DNA of 64,000 bases. Source: Anaerolineae bacterium. GTDB lineage: Bacteria; Chloroflexota; Anaerolineae; UBA3071. The notes beneath the pieces were generated by a model, which saw nothing but the letters and a program-made list of their open reading frames with translations, was not told the DNA's origin and did not search any database. The stretch spans positions 8,563-72,562 of the forward strand of contig JARYMM010000005.1 in the NCBI GenBank assembly GCA_029907105.1, written 5' to 3'. Positions 53,883 to 64,000 of this stretch are shown here, piece after piece (the stretch's first letter is position 1; each line of letters opens with the position of its first letter). The position numbers and the translations under genes are program-made.

Positions 53883-53916
53883 ACCGGTGGCGGCGCTGTT
53901 CGGCGCCGCCACCGGT
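53883..53916. terminator. Strong hairpin between ppdK and the next gene
   Basis: ACCGGTGGCGGCGC...GCGCCGCCACCGGT. Confidence 0.55.
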
Positions 53917-53953
53917 TCAGGAAGTTCTATTCGACACGACGCCTGTCATTTGT

Positions 53954-56746
<2,793 letters not shown>

Positions 56747-57086
56747 TGCTATTAATCCTCCTTAAGCTGTCGGTACATTGGTAGACCGGGAAATTGGTAC
56801 ATTCAGTAGATCACAGTTTGCTCCCGCCGGACTGTCAAGTCCAGCGGGAAAGCGGCGGACCTGGCAGTCCGCCGTGAGCCTTTGTGATCTACTGACATTG
56901 GTAAACTGGTGTCATTCTGCTGACCAATTGACCAATCCACCCGCCTACCAACATGGCCTTCCCAGAACCAAAATATGATTATACCAGGCTTGTGCCCTTT
57001 GTCAAAACCCGGCCACCGCTTCATAGATTACAGTCTGCTCTCGCCAGACTGCCGAGTCCGGCAGGAGCAGTTGTGATCTGCTGAAC

Positions 57087-57599
57087 TCAGCGCCCCTGCT
57101 CGCCCGCGGCCTGCGCCAGATACTCCGCCACCACCCGGCGGTGCTCCCACAACTGCCGCACACCCCAGTCCTGCATGAAGATGGCCTCCGAGCGCAGGAC
57201 CGGTTTGGGATGCGTTTCCAGAATGGCCGTCCCCTCGGCCAGCCACTGGTACCCTTCTTTTAACAAAGCGTGGGCTTCGGCCATGTCCGCAGGGGGCTCG
57301 ATCAGCTCCAGTTCCTTGACCAGGTCCTGCAGCACGCTTGCCGGCTGCTGGCGGGCATAGAGGATGGCATAATCTGTGGTCACCGGCCGCACCATCAGCA
57401 GGTAGACACGCACTTCCAGGTTGACGCGGCTCAACGGGTCTGTTTCCGCAGGCGTAGGGGTGGGACTGGGCAGCGGCGTGGGGGTGGGCGTCGGCTGCCG
57501 TATGCAACCCGTGAGCAAGGCGCCGACCAGAAGCGCCAGGATGGGCACCAGACAGGATGGAGCGAAAGCCCCACGCCGCCTACCCCTCTTGCGGTTCAT
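57087..57599 (-). CDS. Putative lipoprotein
   Basis: Basic N-terminus, hydrophobic core, LLTGC lipobox, PT linker. Confidence 0.6.
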   Translation of the reverse strand: MNRKRGRRRGAFAPSCLVPILALLVGALLTGCIRQPTPTPTPLPSPTPTPAETDPLSRVNLEVRVYLLMVRPVTTDYAILYARQQPASVLQDLVKELELIEPPADMAEAHALLKEGYQWLAEGTAILETHPKPVLRSEAIFMQDWGVRQLWEHRRVVAEYLAQAAGEQGR

Positions 57600-57725
57600 C
57601 CCACAGCCGCCGTATCTCGAAGACCATCGGATTGAAAGTGCCAGGACAGACATGTGTGGCCACGTCTTTATCCCGTAGCCAGGGGAATTGCGCGCTGTAA
57701 CGCATGGCGAACACCTTTGACCAAT

Positions 57726-58529
57726 CTACCAACTGCCAACACCGTACACATCCGGTCGGCGATCTCGAAACACCGGGATATGCTCCCGCGCCTCGGCCAC
57801 CTGGCCCATCTCAATCTCCGCCGTGAGCAGTAGTTCCGTCTCGCCGCCCTCGACGATGACGTTGCCCCAGGGGTCCACTACCGCCGAGCGGCCGCCGAAG
57901 GGTGTGTCGCCGCTCTTGCCCACGCGGTTGCAGGCCAGCAGGAAGCACTGGTTCTCCGCCGCCCGCGCCCGCACCAGCGCGCGGAAAGCCTCGGCGCGGC
58001 GACGCGGCCACTGCGCCGGCAGCATGATCAGCACGGCCCCCTCCAGCGCATAGCGGCGGAACAGCTCCGGAAAGCGCAGGTCGTAACAGATGGCCAGCGC
58101 GCTGCGGCCCCAGGGCAGGTCGAAGACCGGCGCCGCATCCCCCGCCGCCAGGTAACGGTCCTCGTCCATCAAGCCGAAGAGGTGGACCTTGCGATACACG
58201 GCGGCCAGCTCCCCCTCAGGCGAGAACAGCGTGGCCGTGTTGAAGATTTCACCTTCTCGCGCCTCCAGCAGCGAGCTGGCAATCCACAGGCCATGGGCCC
58301 GCGCCTGCTGCGCCAGCCAGGCGAACGGCCCCGTCCCCAACGGGGCGACATAGCGAGCGGCATTGGCCAGGTCGTAGCCGCTGCGCCACAGCTCCGGCAG
58401 CAACAGTAAGTGCGAGCCCCGCCGCGCTGCCTCGGCGATGAAGGCGGCTGCCCGCGCTTCGTTAGCCTCCGGCTCCCCCAGGCGACAATCCATCTGCGCC
58501 AGGGACACGGTCAGTGGATGTAAACTCAT
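57726..58529 (-). CDS. Carbon-nitrogen hydrolase (nitrilase superfamily)
   Basis: LPELW, YRKVHLF, ICYDLRFPE, RAAENQ. Confidence 0.92.
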   Translation of the reverse strand: MSLHPLTVSLAQMDCRLGEPEANEARAAAFIAEAARRGSHLLLLPELWRSGYDLANAARYVAPLGTGPFAWLAQQARAHGLWIASSLLEAREGEIFNTATLFSPEGELAAVYRKVHLFGLMDEDRYLAAGDAAPVFDLPWGRSALAICYDLRFPELFRRYALEGAVLIMLPAQWPRRRAEAFRALVRARAAENQCFLLACNRVGKSGDTPFGGRSAVVDPWGNVIVEGGETELLLTAEIEMGQVAEAREHIPVFRDRRPDVYGVGSW

Positions 58530-58607
58530 GCGCTCTATCCGGGGTTACACGTTGATATACGTTTATCGTTCATCGCATATCGCAAGCGATAAGCGATGGG
58601 CTTCCGG

Positions 58608-61600
58608 TCAGCGGCAGCTTTCGGCCGGCACGTCGGGGCGGGGGAAGAGGGTGCGGGCGTCAGCCCCGTGCGCCCAGACGTTGGAATACGTGACCACGTC
58701 GTCCACCTGCACCCAGAAGTAAATCTTGTTGGCCGGATTTCTGGCTGCGCTCACATCCACGTCGTTGAAGTCCCAGACCAGGAAGGTAAGGCCGCCTTCG
58801 GTCACCGCTCGCGGCGTGCCGACCAGGCCCTGGCCCGCCAAGGGGCCAACGTCGGTATTCAACGCCGCATACAGCCGCACGGTGGGCGTCCAGCCCAGCC
58901 CCGGCGGGATGGCCGCCCTGCTGCCGTGGCCGAAGAGCGCCGCGCTGATGTTGGCCTTTTCCGCCTCGGTCACCGGCGCGTTGCCGTGCGGCCAGACAAT
59001 CTGGATGCGCGCATCCACCTCGCGCGGCACAGCCGTCACCAGGCTTGCTGGCGCCTCGGGATGGGGCAAGAGCGTGCGCGCGTCTACGGCGTGCGTCCAG
59101 ACGTTGTGTGCCGTCGCCACCCCGTCCACGGTGACGAAGAAGGTGAGCTTGTGGGCCGGATCGCGTGCTGCGCTCACGTCCACGTCGTTAAAGTCCCAGA
59201 CGGGGAACCGGCGACCATCTGCGCTGGCGAAGCGCTTCTCGCCCAACTTGACGAAGCTTGCCGGCTCAGCATCCAGGGCCATCCACAGCCGCAGCACGGG
59301 TTCCCAGGCACAGGGTGGCACGTGCCCTTGCTCATCGGTGAAGAGGTAGGCGGTGATGTTGGCCTTTTCGGCCTGATCCACCGGTGCGTTGCCGTGCGGC
59401 CAGACGATTTCGATCTTTGCCCGCACCGTTTCCGGCGTCGGCAACGAGGTGGCCGTGGGGGTGAATGTGGGAGTCTGGGTCGGCGTGCGCGTCGGCGTGC
59501 GGGTCGGCGTAGGGGTCGTTGTGGGCGTCGCTGTAGGCGTGAAGGTCGGCGTCGCCGTGGGCGTCGGTGTGTGAGTCGGTGTGAGCGTCGGCGTGAACGT
59601 GGCCGTTGGTGTAGACGTCGGGGTCGGCGTGTGGGTCGGCGTGGGCGTCGGCGTCGCCGTAGCCGTCGGCGTGAACGTGGCCGTTGGCGTCGGTGTATAG
59701 GTCGGCGTGAATGTCGGTGTCGCTGTCGGCGTGGGCGTACGAGTCGGTGTGAACGTCGCCGTGGGCGTGGATGTCGGTGTGGCCGTGGGTGTGAACGTCG
59801 GTGTGGGCGTGGGCGTGGCCGTCGGTGTGCGCGTCGGCGTGGCCGTCGGTGTCGCTGTGGGCGTAAAGGTCGGCGTGGGCATCGCCGTGGGCGTGAATGT
59901 CGGTGTGGACGTCGGCGTGTTGGTTGGCATGGCCGTCGCCGTCGGCGTGGGCAGCACGGCCAGCGGACAGCGGCTGTCGTCGAAGATGGTCAACGAGCCG
60001 GCCGCATAGTTGGCCACGTAGACGCGGTTACCGGCTACAGCAATGCCCTGGCCGCCATCCACAGCGTCCTGACGCCCCACCGCCAGCGCACCCCGCAGGC
60101 GGCCCGTGGCCACTTCCACCACATAAAGCCGATCGGCTACGGCATCCACAGCGAAAAGGTGACCGCTGGTGGGATTGAAAGCCAGGGCGTAGGGTCGCCC
60201 GGGCAACTCCAGATAGCCAGCCACGGCCCGACTCTCCATATCCATTACCCAAACCCGGGGCTTCTGGCCATCGCCCACATAGACCCGCTGCCGCGCAGCG
60301 TCCACGGCCACGCCCAGGGCCCCTGAGCTGGTCACCGTGACGGTTTCCACCGAGGCTCCATCGGCAGCCAGGATGCTCAGCCGCCCATCCAGATGGCTGA
60401 CATAAGCCTTGCCATCGCCGGCAGCCACCAGCGCGGGCAGGGCAGCCACGGACACCGTGGCCACGACCTGGTCCCTTTCGGCGTCAATCACCGAGACGGT
60501 GTTGTCGGCAAAGTTGGCCACGTAGACACGACCGGCAGCGGCAGCCACGCCCCAGGGCAGCCTGCCCACAGGGATGGTGCGCAGGAAGGTGTTCGCAGTT
60601 ACGTCAACCACGGAAAGGGTAGCCGCATCGCGGTTGGCCATGTAGACCCTGTCGCCCCAGACAGCCACGCCGTTGGCGTGTCCACCGGCGGTAGCGATCG
60701 TGGCCAGCAGCCTGCCGTCCCGGCCATCCACCACAGCCACAGCGCTCTGGTCGAAGAGGCCCACGAAGGCTCGCTCACCGGAGGCAGCCACACCCTTGGG
60801 ATGTGTGCCCACAGACACGGTGCTCAGCAGCGTGGGCAGGCAAGGGTCGCCGGTCGGCGTGACGGTTGGCGTGCGCGTGAGTGTTGATGTTGGTGTGCGT
60901 GTGGGGGTCGGCGTGCGCGTCGGTGTGGATGTCACCGTAGCTGTGTGAGTTGGCGTATGCGTGGGCGTGAACGTCGCTGTCGGCGTGTGTGTAGATGTCG
61001 CCGTTGGCGTAGCCGTAGGGGTCGGTGTGCCTGTGGGCGTGTGCGTCGGCGTGGCCGTGGGCGTAGCTGTGGGAGTTGGCGTGCCTGTAGGCGTGTGCGT
61101 CGGCGTCGGTGTGAAGGTAGCCGTACGCGTCGGCGTACGCGTGACTGTGGGCGTACGCGTCGGCGTATGTGTTGGCGTCGGCGTTGCCGTCGGCGTGAAG
61201 GTGACCGTAGGCGTGCGTGTCGGCGTACGAGTGGCCGTGGATGTGTGCGTCGGGGTGGGCGTGCGGGTGGGCGTAGGCGTGTTCGTCGGCGTGGCTGTGG
61301 GCGTACGCGTCGGCGTAGGCGTGCGAGTGGGCGTGTTCGTGGCTGTGGGCGTCGGCGTGGGCGGGATATCGGTAACCACCGGCAGCGCCGCCAGAGGCAC
61401 GCTGCTGGTCACATAAGCGCTGTCAACCCAACCGGCCCCCTCCGGCACACAACAGGCCTGCAGCCATGCGCTGTCCAGAGTCCGCCCCAGCAGCGCCAAT
61501 CGCTGGCCCCGGGTCACCTGACCGATGACGTCGTACACCACACCCGGCCCTCGCCGCACGTCCAGCTTCATCGCCAGCACCTCGGCAAACGGCGTCGGCG

Positions 61601-63674
61601 TGGGGGTCGCCGTGGAGGTGGGCGTGAATGTGAGTGTAGGCGTGTGCGTCGGCGTGGCCGTGGGCGTGTGCGTCGGTGTAGGCGTGCGGGTGGGCGTGGC
61701 CGTGGGCGTGCGCGTCGGTGTAGGCGTGCAGGTGGGCGTGTTCGTGGCTGTGGGCGTCGGCGTGGGTGGGACATAGACCGCGCTCAGCCAGAGCAGGTGG
61801 ATGAGTTCATCGCCATCGTTCTGGTCATCGAGACGGAAGTCGGTGCCGCCGTCCATCTGGTTATTGAGGTAGAGGTCAGGCAGTTGCAGGGCAACGCTCA
61901 GCACGCGGTTACTCCCCTGCTTCTCTACCTTCTCCTGCCGTGCTTGGCCCTGGGCATCCCTGTACTCGACGACGAAGCTGTCACGACCCTGGTCCAGGTA
62001 CCAGATGCGCAGGACATAGCTGACGTCGCCACCGGCGTTGGCGGGCATCCGGCCGTGATAGGCCCAATCATCCCGGACGTCGAAGTACATGAAGCGGCCA
62101 TCGGTGCGCCGGAGCTGGCGGCCGTAGACCTGCTCGCGGGCGGCAGCCGGCAGGCTGTCCCGCCAGACGATGCTGGTGCTGTCGTTGTCCACCTCTTTGC
62201 GGTAGAGCCAGTGGTCCCAGTCGCCCTCTTCGCCGCTGCTCCAGGCCAGCGCCAGAGAGGGACACAGGCCCTCGAACCATTTTCCGCCGGTCAACGGTTC
62301 GTTGGCGCAGCGTGGGTATTCGGTGTCCCGCAATACGATCCAGACGTCCTGGGAGTTGCCGGGGTGGCGGCCCAGGTTGCGGGCAATGAAGTGGGTGAAG
62401 CCGCCGAAGTTGTCCGGCGCAGCGTCCACAGCGGCCAGGTAGGGAAACCAGGAATATTCCTCCGGATAGCTTTGATAGTCAATGAAATCGGCGTTGTGCG
62501 CCAGGGCCAGCAGGGTCATCCAATAGGCGTATTGGCGTTGCCAGCGCGCGTCCACCTGCGTGGGAGCCAGCTTGGGTTCGAAGGCCAGAGGCATCTGATC
62601 CTGGTATTGCTCGGCCAACTGGATGATGCCCGCCCCCTGCAGCCCACCGCGATAACCGAAGGCCGCCCCTAGGTCAGGGGCAATGGCATTGGGCTTGTAG
62701 CCGATGGGAGGGTTCTTGGACAGGGCATGTTGCACGAAAGCCATGCGGTGCTCATGCTGGTTGACGTTGGCGGCCTGGATGTAAACGGGGGTCTGGGGAA
62801 ATGCCTCCCGGTACCAGTCCATCACCTGTTTGACGAAGGTCTCGTATTCGACGTCGGTGACGTAGCTACGAAGGGCATCCAGGTACTGGCAGTTGCCGAG
62901 GCTCGTTTGCGTGGCGATGGTCTCATCGTTATAGCCGGCAGCGATAAGGATGGCCGTGATATGCCTTTGCCACAGGGGTTTGTTCTGATATTCACGGCCC
63001 AGAGCCATCACCATCCTGCGGAAAGCGGACTGATAAATGGGGTCGTCGTAGCAAGGCGCTTCCTGCTCCCGACAACCTGCCGGCGCGATGATGTAGCTGC
63101 CCTGGGGACATCTGTCTGATGCCGAGCTCAGTTGATTCTTCACCCAGGCCGGGCTGCGGTCGGCGAACACGCCGGCCTCCGTGCCCTTCTTGCCGTAGAT
63201 GGCCACGGTCAAGAGCACCGGTTTGGGCACGACCTGGCCACTGGCCAGGGTGACGGTCATGTGGGATATGCCTTGCAGGTAACTCTCAATGGGGCCCCAG
63301 TTGAATCCGGAGGCTGTGTCTATCTCTTCCCAATTGACGCGGATATGTCCTCCCACCGGGCCGTACTCCGGGTGCGTCTGGCCATAATCAATGCCGCCCC
63401 GGCTCAGCGGCCGGACGCCCCAGTCGTCGCGGGCATACAAGGCCGGCTGCGGCGGCTGGTAGCCGGGCGTGGGCACCCAGCGCGGCCGGACAGTGGGCGT
63501 TGGCACGGGCGTAGGCGGACGGCGGATGGCGAACCAGGGCGGAGCCAGGTAATACAGCAAGAGGCAGGCGAAGGCGAGGAAAAACAGGAACAGAAGCCCT
63601 GCCAGCAGGCGGCCTCGGCTGCTATCCTGCCCCGGTGCCGTGTCTCCGGGAATGCGTTGAGGGGGATGGGTCAT
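58608..63674 (-). CDS. Membrane-anchored modular protein: GH-like TIM barrel, SH3, PT linkers, YVTN propeller, duplicated C-terminal domain
   Basis: N-terminal TM; VNWEEID...[13 protein letters not shown]3 motif; YVAN repeats; two [10 protein letters not shown]...[12 protein letters not shown] repeats. Confidence 0.82.
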   Translation of the reverse strand: MTHPPQRIPGDTAPGQDSSRGRLLAGLLFLFFLAFACLLLYYLAPPWFAIRRPPTPVPTPTVRPRWVPTPGYQPPQPALYARDDWGVRPLSRGGIDYGQTHPEYGPVGGHIRVNWEEIDTASGFNWGPIESYLQGISHMTVTLASGQVVPKPVLLTVAIYGKKGTEAGVFADRSPAWVKNQLSSASDRCPQGSYIIAPAGCREQEAPCYDDPIYQSAFRRMVMALGREYQNKPLWQRHITAILIAAGYNDETIATQTSLGNCQYLDALRSYVTDVEYETFVKQVMDWYREAFPQTPVYIQAANVNQHEHRMAFVQHALSKNPPIGYKPNAIAPDLGAAFGYRGGLQGAGIIQLAEQYQDQMPLAFEPKLAPTQVDARWQRQYAYWMTLLALAHNADFIDYQSYPEEYSWFPYLAAVDAAPDNFGGFTHFIARNLGRHPGNSQDVWIVLRDTEYPRCANEPLTGGKWFEGLCPSLALAWSSGEEGDWDHWLYRKEVDNDSTSIVWRDSLPAAAREQVYGRQLRRTDGRFMYFDVRDDWAYHGRMPANAGGDVSYVLRIWYLDQGRDSFVVEYRDAQGQARQEKVEKQGSNRVLSVALQLPDLYLNNQMDGGTDFRLDDQNDGDELIHLLWLSAVYVPPTPTPTATNTPTCTPTPTRTPTATPTRTPTPTHTPTATPTHTPTLTFTPTSTATPTPTPFAEVLAMKLDVRRGPGVVYDVIGQVTRGQRLALLGRTLDSAWLQACCVPEGAGWVDSAYVTSSVPLAALPVVTDIPPTPTPTATNTPTRTPTPTRTPTATPTNTPTPTRTPTPTHTSTATRTPTRTPTVTFTPTATPTPTHTPTRTPTVTRTPTRTATFTPTPTHTPTGTPTPTATPTATPTHTPTGTPTPTATPTATSTHTPTATFTPTHTPTHTATVTSTPTRTPTPTRTPTSTLTRTPTVTPTGDPCLPTLLSTVSVGTHPKGVAASGERAFVGLFDQSAVAVVDGRDGRLLATIATAGGHANGVAVWGDRVYMANRDAATLSVVDVTANTFLRTIPVGRLPWGVAAAAGRVYVANFADNTVSVIDAERDQVVATVSVAALPALVAAGDGKAYVSHLDGRLSILAADGASVETVTVTSSGALGVAVDAARQRVYVGDGQKPRVWVMDMESRAVAGYLELPGRPYALAFNPTSGHLFAVDAVADRLYVVEVATGRLRGALAVGRQDAVDGGQGIAVAGNRVYVANYAAGSLTIFDDSRCPLAVLPTPTATAMPTNTPTSTPTFTPTAMPTPTFTPTATPTATPTRTPTATPTPTPTFTPTATPTSTPTATFTPTRTPTPTATPTFTPTYTPTPTATFTPTATATPTPTPTHTPTPTSTPTATFTPTLTPTHTPTPTATPTFTPTATPTTTPTPTRTPTRTPTQTPTFTPTATSLPTPETVRAKIEIVWPHGNAPVDQAEKANITAYLFTDEQGHVPPCAWEPVLRLWMALDAEPASFVKLGEKRFASADGRRFPVWDFNDVDVSAARDPAHKLTFFVTVDGVATAHNVWTHAVDARTLLPHPEAPASLVTAVPREVDARIQIVWPHGNAPVTEAEKANISAALFGHGSRAAIPPGLGWTPTVRLYAALNTDVGPLAGQGLVGTPRAVTEGGLTFLVWDFNDVDVSAARNPANKIYFWVQVDDVVTYSNVWAHGADARTLFPRPDVPAESCR

Positions 63675-64000
63675 GATTTATTCCTCTGGCCGGTGAAGGG
63701 TCAGACCACACCGTGTGGGCGATGGCCGGCTTCCCGATAGCGCGTCCGGGCATAGTATACCACATATCGCACCGTTCACCAAGACCCGTAGGGGACTGTC
63801 AACTTTGTGCTTTCGGTCATTTTCTGTTATAATTTTGCCGGCACTGCTCGCTGCCAGCGCCTTCCGGCCCGCTTTTCCCGGCCTCTGTGACCCCTGGCCT
63901 GGGATCTCCGACAGGAGTGCAAATAACCAGCGCGCGCCTCGTCGCCATCGCACCATCCAGGAACCGCCGCAAAGGGGGTGATGCCAACCGCCAATCCCCG

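Overview
High-GC (roughly two-thirds G+C by eye) bacterial chromosome segment, most likely Chloroflexota/Anaerolineae. This is inferred from the Pro/Thr-linker giant secreted proteins with YLPL(V/I)xR motifs and the abundant short palindromic tandem repeats. It holds housekeeping and metabolic genes (fabL, ssb, methylmalonyl-CoA mutase, cobO, a transcarboxylase-like 12S/5S/biotin-carrier set, apgM, a sugar ABC ATPase, hutU, glnA, queG, glyA, dnaG-rpoD, ppdK), four giant modular extracellular proteins and several intact or decayed toxin-antitoxin modules. The most notable feature is a tRNA-Asn(GUU) gene (45295-45733, minus strand) split inside its anticodon by a 366-nt group I intron. The intron carries a stem-enclosed LAGLIDADG endonuclease remnant at an unusual site between P3 and P4. 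The window also has at least two MITE families with provable target-site duplications. One MITE copy disrupted a BrnT toxin gene, another supplies the C-terminus of a giant protein, and a third supplies the queG stop codon. All calls come from reading the sequence; no database searches were run.
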